Assembly (NCBI RefSeq): GCF_006345805.1
Contig: NC_043006.1
Span: 21,204,001-21,268,000, forward strand
Source: Octopus sinensis
Taxonomy: Eukaryota
Reading direction: 5' to 3'
Length of the DNA stretch: 64,000 nucleotides
The position numbers were made by a program, and so were the translations under genes. Below, one piece after another: positions 23,996 through 36,073 of the stretch. The stretch's first letter is position 1; each line of letters begins with the position of its first letter. Below the pieces are notes generated by a model. The model made no database searches, had not been told where the DNA came from, and worked only from the letters and a program-made list of their open reading frames with translations.

Positions 23996-24640
23996 ATACG
24001 TTGTCCGTCGACAGTAGATGATGACTGTTCCAATGTATTACAATACATATTCCTTTACTACCCACAAGGGGCTAAACACAGAGGAGACAAACAAGGACAG
24101 ACGGACGGATTAAGTCGATTATATCGACCCCAGTGCGTAACTGGTACTTATTTAATCGACCCCGAATGGATGAAAGGCAAAGTCTACCTCGGCGGAATTT
24201 GAACTCAGAACGTAATGGCAGACGAAATACCTATTTCTTTATTACCCACAAGGGGCTAAACACAGAGGGGACAAACAAGGACAGACATAGGTATTAAGTC
24301 GATTACATCGACCCCAGTGCGTAACTGGTACTTAATTTATCGACCCCGAAAGGATGAAAGGCAAAGTCGACCACGGCGGAATTTGAACTCAGAACGTAAT
24401 GGCAGACGAAATACCGCTAAGCATTTCGCCCAACGCGCTAACGTTTCTGCCAGATCGACGCCTTCCAATGTATTACAATACATCGTAGCCTCAGAATTGA
24501 TATAACTCCATTGCTCTTGTTCCCTATTGTTATGCTCCAGTTTGGGGGTTGGGGGTTGCCATTCATCTCCTACAAATTCATATTCTTGTACTTCAGTCAA
24601 TATTTTCTTGGCAGCCGACTTTTCAACATCCATTTTTGGT
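23990..24640 (-). mobile_element. Probable decayed RTE-like 3' end with (ATG)n tail, split by a SINE
   Basis: After removing the SINE and one TSD the minus strand reads MDVEKSAAKKILT...EATMYCNTLEQSSSTVDGQR into (ATG)n; a paralog lies at 25870-26006. Confidence 0.45.
24049..24462 (-). mobile_element. SINE family C, two-unit form
   Basis: Two ~185-bp body units; 21-bp TSD ttccaatgtattacaatacat at 24028-24048 and 24463-24483. Confidence 0.93.
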
Positions 24641-24720
24641 GTGTGCGTGCGTGTGTGTATGTGTGTGTGGGGAGCTCGGTTAAGTCAGTGGACGTTTCGT
24701 TATGATAATATATCTAACAC

Positions 24721-24890
24721 GAAGGCGGCGAGTTCGCAGTATCGTTAGCACGCCGGGCAAAATGCTTGGCGCTCTGAGTTCAAATTCTGCCGAGGTCGAC
24801 TTTGTCTTTCATCCTTTCGTGGTCTATAAAATAAGTACCAGTCGAGCACTAGGGTTGATGTAATCGACCGTCTCCTTCCCAGAATTGAAA
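24721..24890 (+). mobile_element. SINE family C copy
   Basis: gaaggcggcgagttcgcag...ctttcatcctttcgtggtctataaaataagtaccag. Confidence 0.8.
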
Positions 24891-25193
24891 GCAATATATC
24901 TGCTATGCCTTGGTGTATGACTTTTTCAAGGAGGACGAGGCTGCAAACATCACAATGATGTTAAAATAACTAATAAAGTCTGATAACTGATGAAAAGGTT
25001 CTGTTTCATGAGTTCATCATGACAAACACTGTCGCTAAATATAGCAGGTGAACCAAAGCAAAGCTGACAAGAAGGTAGCAAAAAAAAAAAACAACAAAAC
25101 AAAAAAACGTTGATTGGAGGATGTATAGTTTAAAAGTGTATCTCCGTATTCTCACATTTAGAAGCTTAATTACAGATATATATATATATATAT

Positions 25194-25491
25194 ATCACAT
25201 CACATCATATGACCGACCAGTCCATCAGATGTAGTTACACATCGCTGGTCACAATGCGTTTGCATTGTTTTAGCCTTCGAATGACGCCACCCGCTGGCTA
25301 AGCGAGCAGGCCAACAGAAGAAAGAGTGGTGAAAGAATACAGCAGGGATCACCACCACCCACTGCCGGAGCCTCGTGGAGCTTTTAGGCGTTTTCGCTCA
25401 ATAAACACTCACAACGCCCGGTCTGGGAATCGAAACCACGTACCTACGACCACGAGTCAGCTGCCCTAACCACTGAGCCATTGCGCCTCCA
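25194..25491 (-). mobile_element. SINE family B, body type ii
   Basis: Reverse complement of the 17645-17945 type, with a (GTGAT)n tail. Confidence 0.88.
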
Positions 25492-25800
25492 CACACACAC
25501 ACACATATATATATACACATATGTATATATATATTATATATATATATATACATGCGCTCATGTGTATGCGTGCATTCATACACATGGACGAGTATCTGGC
25601 AATGAGGATGATCAAATAAGATTGAAATCACGTGATATAGGGATCTCCGAGTTAGGATAGTAGGGAGTTCTCTCCCCGCTTGCAATATATATATATATAT
25701 CGAATGCGAATCGCACTGAATAACCAGCTGGAGGAGGTGCCCTCCTGGGGTTAAAACAGCATTATTTTATAGACCACAAACCTTTAGGCGGAGATAACAT

Positions 25801-25852
<52 letters not shown>

Positions 25853-25907
25853 CAGAATCAAATGAATAACAGCTGTTTCTTACGCATCACACTCATGATC
25901 GTCATCC

Positions 25908-25938
<31 letters not shown>

Positions 25939-26006
25939 AATACGTTGTTCGTCGACTGTGGGTGATGACTGTCCCAATGTATTGCAATAAATCGTAGCCT
26001 CAGAAT

Positions 26007-26093
26007 AAGTGAGGCCGATTTGTTCGACTAAAGGCGGTGCTCCAGCATGGCCGCAGTCAAATGACTGAAACAAATAAAAGAATAAAAGAATAT
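26007..26093 (+). mobile_element. SINE family A, 3' end
   Basis: gttcgactaaaggcggtgctccagcatggccgcagtcaaatgactgaaac. Confidence 0.85.
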
Positions 26094-26119
26094 ATATAGG
26101 TATATATACATAAATGTTT

Positions 26120-26191
<72 letters not shown>

Positions 26192-26242
26192 CATATATAT
26201 ATACATATATATATACATATATATATATATATTATATATATC

Positions 26243-26295
<53 letters not shown>

Positions 26296-26453
26296 AACCG
26301 GAGTAAACACATAAATGTGAAACAAGGTGGAAAAAAGAGTACTCAAATACCAGTTGAATTTTCTGCTGTTTTTAAATAAAGCATATTACTCTACCACTGG
26401 TATTTGAGTACTCTTTTCCCACCTTGTTTCACATTTATGTGTTTACACCGGTG
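26296..26453. mobile_element. 158-bp element with ~58-bp inverted ends
   Basis: TA|aaccggagtaaacacataaatgtgaaacaaggtgg...ccaccttgtttcacatttatgtgtttacaccggtg|TA. Confidence 0.8.
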
Positions 26454-27019
26454 TAACCCGCTCCTTATAAAAGTTTGAGCGACTCTGCACAACTATATAT
26501 ATATATATATATTATATATATAATATATATATATATATAGCACATACATACACACAGTCACACACACACACGCGTACACACATATATATAATTTATCTTC
26601 ATATCTGATCCTTGCTTTGCAATGAACGTACTCAAAACAACATTTGCTGCATTTCTGCAAAAGTCGAACTTAATGGCCTATTTATGAAATCCTTTACGAT
26701 CTTACTCGGTGCCACCACTCCATCACCTCTTAGTGATATGAATATTTCATTGAGAATCCAGTTGCTTATCTCTTCAGGTTATAGGTTTAATATGATTCCT
26801 AACGCAGATATCCTTTCGAACTCTCGTACAGGCGACCCACGGAAATGTGTGTAATAAACAGAATTGGCGTTTTCTCGTGCTTATCTATTCTTTTGCTTGT
26901 CACAATCTTTCAGTGTTGTTTAATATATTCCATTTATTCAGCAAATTTAATTCTTTTTGGTGGTGTTTTATGTCGATTTTGAGTTTCCGTTACGTTTTTA
27001 GCTTATCTTAAAACTTCGT

Positions 27020-27033
27020 GGCTTCTTCTTCTT

Positions 27034-27067
<34 letters not shown>

Positions 27068-27400
27068 CTCGTTCTCCTCCCCTCCTCCTCCTCTTCTTCC
27101 ACCTTCTCTTCCTCTTCTATCTTCTCTTTCTTCTTTCCTCTTCTATTTTCTCTTTCTTCTTTCCTCTCCTCCCACTCCCTCTTCTTCATCTTTTTCTTTT
27201 TCTTACTTCTCGGTCTCCTCTCCTACACTTCATCCTCCCCTCCTCTTCTTCTTCCACCTTCTCTTCCTCTTCTATCGTCTCTTTCTCCTCCCGTCTCTCC
27301 TCCTCTTCTTACTCCTCCCTCTTCTTCATCTTCTTCTTCTCTTCTTCTTCTTCTTCTTCTTCTTCTTCTTCTTCTTCATCGTCATCATCATCGTCTCCTT
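27020..27400. repeat. (CTT)n/(CCT)n polypyrimidine repeat
   Basis: Read directly. Confidence 0.95.
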
Positions 27401-27827
27401 TGCTTTCTTTTTCTGTAAAATTAGGGTGTTCATTAAATATTTAAATATTCAATTTAAAATTTGTTTTTGTTTTAGATTTATTTCTTCAAAATGTAAAGAG
27501 TTGTAGGCCTAAAGGCATCTTTAAGGATCCAATTTAACACACTTGTTGATTAGATTTCCAATGCGAAAGAAAAGGGAAGAAAGTGAACGAAAAAAGAAAA
27601 AAACACTAACCGAAAAACACTCGACAAAATATAAACAAAAATATATATAGAATATCAAACGGAATATCAAAATTGGAAAGACAGGATATTTCCTCGTTAA
27701 TTTCATTCATTAATTTATTTATCTATTCATTTGCAGCAGTAATAAGGAAGGACTTTTTTCGTAGCTTTTACAGGCTCTTTGAGAAGTGTGAGACATGCGA
27801 TCGAAAGTTCTCTATAAATGTCGTATA

Positions 27828-27950
27828 TTGATGGCTATGTGGTCAGTAGTTTGCATCCCAACTAGGTTCCAGGTTTAGTCCCACTGAGTGAGTACCTTGG
27901 GAAAGTGTCTTCTAATACCCCTGGCTGACCAAAGTCCTGCAGTCGAAAAA
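27828..27950 (+). mobile_element. Old SINE family A head fragment
   Basis: ggctatgtggtcagtagtttgc...ttagtcccactg...cttgggaaagtgtcttc. Confidence 0.6.
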
Positions 27951-28129
27951 CAGAGAGAAAACGTGTGTGTGGTCTAGAGTTAGGAGTGTAGAGGTAAATT
28001 ATTTTATGACAATCTGTCAATTGATCTTTATTTTTTTTCCCCCGATGCCTGTATATCATCGTTCTACAAGCTGTGACCTTCAATAACACCAGTTGTTATG
28101 CAGATGATATTATATTCCTTTTCTGCTTT

Positions 28130-28700
28130 AGCCTAGTGATCTCAGAAAGATCTACGAAAAATCACCGGAAAGGTGATACATAGATTGAGATGACCGGCTG
28201 AAGAGCGAATTTCACAAAGAAATTCTCTAAGACAAATTATATTTACGATAGACCAGCGTTCTACATTGTCTCAGTTTACCTAGTTGTAAGTAACTGGAAG
28301 CAGATCTTATGGAAATGCTACCTGAATCGACCTACATACAGAAGTCTCAGGGCACTCAGCTCTCAGAAAAGATACTATATAACCTGAGAAATTTACCTGA
28401 CACAGCAACAATCTACCTTGTTTCAGTCCACCTAGCACTCAAAGCTAGGTACATCATCTAGAAATGTTACTTTTGATAGCCTAGCTTGCTACATTGTCTC
28501 ACTTCACTTTACTATCAGGTAAAGGTCTCATCATCTGGAAATATTGTCTGTGATAGGAAGCAAGTTTCTACACTATTTCAGATCACCCAGCTCTTTGAAA
28601 CAGGTATTTCATCATTTGGGAATGTTTATTTGAGATAGACCAACGTTGTGCATTATCTAAACTCAGCTCACAGTCTGGAATAGCTACCAGACTTTTGAGA
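28130..28700. repeat. Decayed ~76-80 bp tandem array
   Basis: Recurring tcatcatctggaaat...gatag...ctacattgtctc motif, with gatag at 28247, 28475, ~28554 and 28634. Confidence 0.6.
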
Positions 28701-29057
28701 AGTATTTTGTTATATTTCCTGAGAAGTGTACATGTTTACATAACCCATATATATTTGATAGATTTATCAATTTCAAAAGCTTTCAAGTTACTAATATTGT
28801 TTACATAAGTCGATCTCTTCTGAAATAATTATTTCTAATTATATTCGATCCATGCATTTTACGACATTTGTAATATTTCATAAAGTCGTCACACGGAGTG
28901 AATGCTTTATGAGTCTTGTAATGAATATATGAGAAATGAAACCTTCTCTGGAAAATATAACAGGTTGTGGTTCTAATAGTGTGATTCACCCTTGCCAACC
29001 CCAGCCAATTATTAACTCTATTTCAACCGCACCATACTTGTATCACGCTATTTTAAT

Positions 29058-29287
29058 TATACCTATTTCTTTATTACCCACAAGGGCCTAAACATAGAGG
29101 GGACAAACAAGGACAGACATAGGTATTAAGTTGATTACATCGACCCCAGTGCGTAACTGGTACTTAAATTTATCGACCCCGAAAGGATGAAAGGCAAAGT
29201 CGACCTCGGCGGAATTTGAACTCACAACGTAACGCAGACGAAATACCGCTAAGCATTTCGCCCGGCGTGCTAACGTTTCTGCCAGCT
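29058..29287 (-). mobile_element. SINE family C, single-unit form
   Basis: Matches 13807-14042. Confidence 0.9.
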
Positions 29288-29546
29288 ACTTTATTTTCCT
29301 CAGAAGATTAACATTTTATAATTTTACCTCGGAGCTCACAAAGTACATATTTGTTCCGAAGATTCGATAGATCAGACATCAATCACTGGTATTTGTTCAT
29401 CTTGCCAATTTCCGGAATAAATATTATTCTCTGCAGAGTATTGAGTTCTATTTGTCATAGCTGTACCCGTACCCGTATTTTATACACACGCACACGCGCA
29501 TACGTACGCACACATACACACTACACACACACATATGCATGTATGT

Positions 29547-29957
29547 AGCCATAGGCGTGGTTGTGTGGTAAGAATTTTGCTTCGCAACCACATGGTTCGC
29601 AGTTCAGTCTCACTGCGTGGCATCTTGGGCATTTGTCTTCTACTATAATCTCGGGTCAACCAAAGCCTTGTCAGTGGATTTGGTAGATGGAAACTGAAAG
29701 ATGCTCGTCGTATATATGTATGTATATGTCTATGTGTGTGTGCCTGCCTTTGTGTCTGTGTTTGTCCCCCACCACCGCTTGACAACCGGAGTTGGTGTGT
29801 TTACGTCCCAGTATCTAGCAGTTCGGCACAAGAGACCGATAGAATAAGTACCAGGCTTTAATAAAGTCAGTACTGGGTTCGATACACTTGGCTAAAAGTT
29901 CCTGAAAGCTGCACCCTAGAATGGTCGCAGTCTAATGACAAGCAAATGATAAAAGAT
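29547..29957 (+). mobile_element. Older SINE family A subfamily
   Basis: Head ggcgtggttgtgtggtaag..., internal microsatellite, diverged tail. Confidence 0.8.
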
Positions 29958-29964
29958 GTGTGCA

Positions 29965-30058
29965 CGCTCAATAAACACTCACAACGCCCGGTCTGGGAAT
30001 TGAAACAGCGATCCCACAACTGCGAGTTCGCTGTCCTAACCACTGGGCCGTTGCGCCT
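29965..30058 (-). mobile_element. SINE family B head
   Basis: cgctcaataaacactcacaacgcccggtctggg...gggccgttgcgcc. Confidence 0.8.
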
Positions 30059-30064
30059 TTATAT

Positions 30065-30690
<626 letters not shown>

Positions 30691-31151
30691 GTGTGACGCA
30701 ACGCACTTTCATATTCTTTACTCGTTCTGTAGAATTTTCAGTAGAATAGTTTTTCGTACGACGTCTATTTCTGTCTCTTTTCTCTTTCTTTGTCTCTCTT
30801 TATCCTTCTTCCTTTTATTTTTCCTTCTCTAACATTATACTCTGTGTTGTTTCTTTCACCCTGCCACTCGTTTTCTCTCCTCCCCTACCATGTGACTTGT
30901 GACCGCTCACTTCTCTCTCGTCCATATCCCCTTTTCGCCTCACCTTTCACTTAATCAGTCACGCTTTTCTCTGCTCTTTCTCTCTCTCTTTTTTTTTTTA
31001 CACGGTCTGTACCTTTCGTTCTGAATTTCTGTCTTTTCCTTTCTCGTTTCCAGTCTTACAGGACATTTTCCTTTGTGCTACTCCATATTTGCTCGCCTTG
31101 CGGCCGAATTGCCTTTTTTTTATTGTTTTTGTTGTATTTTTTTTTTTTTTT

Positions 31152-31551
31152 ATTTTACTTGTTTTAGTCATTTGACTGCGGCCATGCTGGAGCACCGCCT
31201 TTAGTCGAGCAAATCGACCCCGGGACTTATTCTTTGTAAGCCCAGTACTGATTCTATCGGTCTATTTTGCCGAACCGCTAAGTGACGGGGACGTAAACAC
31301 ACCAGCATCGGTTGTCAAGCAATGCTAGGGGGACAAACACAGACACACAAACATATACACACACATACATATATATATACATATATACGACGGGCTTCCT
31401 TCAGTTTCCGTCTACCAAATCCACTCACAAGGCATTGGTCGGCCCGAGGCTATAGTAGAAGACACTTGCCCAAGATGCCACGCAGTGGGACTGAACCCGG
31501 AACCATGTGGTTGGTAAACAAGCTACTTACCACACAGCCACTCCTGCGCCT
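31152..31551 (-). mobile_element. SINE family A, full length
   Basis: High identity to the other A copies; short linker. Confidence 0.92.
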
Positions 31552-31817
31552 ATATATATGATTATTTTATTTTGTTCGGATATCCACTTTTTGTCGTGTT
31601 TAGTCAGTACCTTGTACGTTCATTAGCTTTTCCCAGTGGCTTCTTGCTGCTGGCACCACAAATAGAGAACAATATCATCGTTAAAGACGTTGACTGACGT
31701 GGAATTAGCTACACCTTGTATGTGGATTTTCCGTTTACTGTGTTTCTGTTAAGTTTTTGGAACATCATGCGTGTGTGTGTGTGTGTGGTGTGTGTGTGTG
31801 TGTGTGTGGTGTGTGCG

Positions 31818-31862
<45 letters not shown>

Positions 31863-31871
31863 TGTGTGCGT

Positions 31872-32748
31872 GTTAATCTCGATTATGTGCTACGTATGTC
31901 AGTTGATACCATCTCTGGCAAGGGCTTTGAAATAAAACCAAGAAGAAGTTCCAGACACCCAGCTGAGTACTTGACAGACACTGACTTTGCTGACGACATC
32001 GCTCTTATCAGTGATTCTCTCTCCAATGCCCAGTCTCTTTTACAATCTCTTGAACAAGCCTCAAATTGTGTAGGTCTTTACCTTAATGAGACCAAAACTG
32101 AATACATAAACAAGTGCCTGTCCAACAGTGATTGCATCATCCACACTCTCAACAGTGCACCTTTAATATGGTTTCTGATTATAAATATCTTGGGTCATAC
32201 ATATCATCATCTGGAAAAGACTTCTAACTAGAAAGGGTATGGCCTGGTCAGCCTGTATGACATGCATAAGATCTGGTCAATCAAATCTAAGTAGAGACTT
32301 CAAACTTGAATATTCAAAGCCACAGTCGAACCCATCCTACTATATGGCTCAGAAACCTGGACGTTATCAAAGAAGCTTGAGAGGCGGTTGGATGGAACAC
32401 ACTCGCCTCCTTATGAGAGCTCAAAATCTCTCGTGGAGGCGCCATCCAACTAAAATGCAAATATATGGGAAATTACCACACTGTGTCATCTCTTGTGAAG
32501 GGTAGGAGAGTCCAGTTTGCTGGACATTGTTGTAGAGCTGAAAAAGAAGTAATTTCTACTCTTCTCCTCTGGAAGCCATCTACTCGCAACACCAGAGGGC
32601 GCACACTCTCCTACCCTGATGTAATCTCCAGGGATACAGGCATCCAGCAACAGGACCTCCGTAATGCTATGATGGACCGTGAAGTCTGGCGCAACATGGT
32701 AAATTCCATTGTCTCGACCACGGTCGAACAATGATGATGATGATGATG
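31872..32748 (+). mobile_element. 5'-truncated RTE/RTEX-like LINE with (TGA)n tail
   Basis: DTDFADDIALI (FADD), LLYGSETW and FAGHCCR motifs across frameshifts; ORF ends ...STTVEQ* directly into (TGA)n; inserted in (GT)n. Confidence 0.92.
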
Positions 32749-33818
32749 TGCGTGTGCGCGTGTGTGTGTGTGTGTAGTGATGTGTACGAGAATTTCCTAA
32801 GAATACTCAACGCCAAGGTGTGGGATTTCATTATGGTTATTGCAGCTGGCAACTCACATCTCGATATGTTAATTGCATGATTTCGTAAGTAGCGCTTTAT
32901 ACGTGAAATGAAAACATCACGAAAGATGCAGTATGTTTCTCTGAAATGTAATCGAGAAATATTTAAGGTCAATATGGGAGACTAGTAGTACATTTTAACT
33001 CTGCTGTGGTACTGCATCTAGAGTAGAACAGACTATTTCTAGAGCAAATGTTAAACAAGCGTAATAATATTTTACAAATAGAAATTATAACGTACAAACA
33101 ATTTAAGTACACACCATTAATATCGATAAGATTTTGTTTCTGCATCAAATGTTTATATAAATTTACGGGGAAAATGTAATTTTCAGTGTCTAAACCAATG
33201 CAGCTATGATCAAGGCAATCCAGTTTCTTTTCAGATTTACATTATCCAACACAAGAAGTTGAATATTTTGACTGCTACTTTTAGCCTGACGAGTATTCAC
33301 GAAGAGGTTTCCGCAAAATTACTGTCTTATTACAACACTGTATCACGAAATATTATGCTAATTCTGCCTGAGTACTGGATTACCGGTACATATGACTTTG
33401 GAATGATCAGCCACTTACACTATAATTCAGGAGCAGGTGAATCCTTGTCTCGATCAACGAAGATCAGTCACCACCATGCTGTTACGCTCACTAGTATCAT
33501 CACAATCCGATCAAAAGTTTATTAGCTCTTACGTACTTTCGTCACTACGAACGACACTTGGAAAGTATTGTATTAACAACTTACAATAGAGAATGAAGTG
33601 GCTTTCCAATTTCTCATACCAAATGTCCACCTGATTGCATGAGAATCAATTACTGCCCCTTATAATACGTTTAATTTAAGGACAAGTTACTGTTAGAATT
33701 TTCCAAGTTCCGATTGCTTCTATGACCTCCATTTATTAAGTTACAATCTCTAATTTTACCGTTACCGGCGAAATTATGATAACGTTATATTTCACTGCAT
33801 GTAACTCTCGCAATTTCA

Positions 33819-33878
33819 ATACGCTTCCTGTGTATACGCTTCCTGTGTATACGCTTCCTGTGTATACGCTTCCTGTGT
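33819..33878. repeat. 15-bp tandem repeat x4
   Basis: (atacgcttcctgtgt)4. Confidence 0.95.
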
Positions 33879-34654
33879 CTTCTATTGAAACGAATTTTGA
33901 TATTTGTTTAATATTATATGTCACAGTTATATTACAATAATTATTTACTGTTGACTCCTACCGTATTTTATTTATTTGTCAATGAACAGCTGTGGGAGTT
34001 GTCAACTGTATACGACATTCATATTTCAGTGTAAATTTTTATCCTTTTACACACCTTTATACATTACTCATATTTCAATAGATGTTGCTGTTATATTTCA
34101 ATAGTTTCAAGTAATTGCGGTGCAACATAATATGTTAAATGTACATTCAATTTGATAACATCGATACCTTTCTTTCAATAATGGTTGTATTTTAATTAAT
34201 ACAACATTCTCTCAACAGTTAGAAGTAAGTAATGGATTCGAATCTGGAAAGGAATTTTGACGAAAGCTAAAACCTGAGTCGATTCTATGCCATGTCTTAA
34301 TTGCTGAGAGCGCTGTATCTCGATCACGTAGTGTATTTGCTTAGCAAGATTAAATATAAGCTTATTAAAGATATATTGATGGGGGTATGGTGGCGGGTAG
34401 GTACATTTACTCTCAGGATCATATATTTTGCACTAACAAAGGGGTGGTGGAATACTATTCAAGGCGTCTCTCTCTCCGGAAATACATATAGTGGTTGAGT
34501 GAGAAGATAACAGGCTATTTACAGAAAAAAACTAATAGGGTACTAGAACTGTCTAATATGGGACAGAGATTAAAAATGAATAAGATCTATCCATCTATCC
34601 ATGCATGCATGCATACATACATACATACATACATACATACATACATACATACAT

Positions 34655-34988
34655 ACATAGGTGAATTGCTTCCCAGTACATGTTCCAGGTTCAGTTCCAC
34701 TGCGTGCCACCTTGCGTGTCTTCTAATATAGCCTCGGGCCGATCAAAGCCTTGTGAGTGAATTCTTGTTGATGGAAAGTGAAAGAAGCCGGTCATATATG
34801 TATAAATATATATCTACGTGTGTGTATCTCTGTCCGCTTGGTAGCCAATGTTGGTGTATTTACATACCTGTAACCTAGCGGTTTTTTAAAAAATAATTAC
34901 TAGGTTTGATTCCACTAAAAATTCCTTAGGGTGGTGCTCCAGTATGGCTGCAATCTATTGACTGGAGCAAGTGAAAGACAAAAGATAA
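34655..34988 (+). mobile_element. Old SINE family A copy
   Basis: ggttcagttccactgcgtgccacc...gtggtgctccagtatggctgcaatc. Confidence 0.75.
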
Positions 34989-35316
34989 AGATACATACAT
35001 ACATAAGTACGTACGTAAGTACATACATACGTACGTACGCACATACACACATACATACATACATCGAAATGTCAAATGAAAGTTTCATAGTCACAATTTC
35101 GAAGTCACCATCGACGATTTTCTTGTACATAAAAATGTGATCTCTCTATATAAATGCATGTATGTGTGACCGAATGTGCGAGCGTGTGAGTGTATGTGAG
35201 TGTATGTGTTTGTATTTGTTTGCGTTTGGTGTATGAGTGTGTATACACATTACAAATACATATAGTTATATATACTATTTTTACAAGGATATGGTTGACA
35301 GTCCTTTGAAGTTTCG

Positions 35317-35319
<3 letters not shown>

Positions 35320-35369
<50 letters not shown>

Positions 35370-35519
35370 ATATATAAGCTTACTAGGACATGGATGCGCC
35401 GCGTTCATTTAAATAATAAATAATATATAATATATATCTATAAATACATAATATATCTAGATGTATATATGTATAGGCATATATATATATATATATATAT
35501 ATGATATATATATATATAC

Positions 35520-35578
<59 letters not shown>

Positions 35579-35579
35579 A

Positions 35580-35628
<49 letters not shown>

Positions 35629-35717
35629 TATATATATATGCATATATATATATGCATATATATATATATGCATATAATATATATATATGTATATATATGT
35701 ATATATATATATATATA

Positions 35718-35757
<40 letters not shown>

Positions 35758-35760
35758 TAT
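35320..35760. repeat. Imperfect (TA)n tract
   Basis: Read directly. Confidence 0.95.
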
Positions 35761-35962
35761 GCAGCCGTGGCAGCTTGCGTAAGTGAATTCTACCATACCC
35801 TCGGGCCAGTCGAAGCCTGGTCCTAGAATACAGATTCTGAAAGAAGCCCGTCTGTATATGTTATATATGTATCGTTAATTGATATAGGGCGAATCCATTG
35901 TACGCCTGGATAAATATCCCTAGTACAAAAAAACCTTGTTCCACACTATCACACACACATAC

Positions 35963-36003
<41 letters not shown>

Positions 36004-36028
36004 AACACACAACACACACACACATATA

Positions 36029-36073
<45 letters not shown>

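Noticed and set aside
33283-33340. Hammerhead-like ctgacgagtattcacgaag
   Set aside because: GAAG instead of GAAA, and no helix I or III complementarity.
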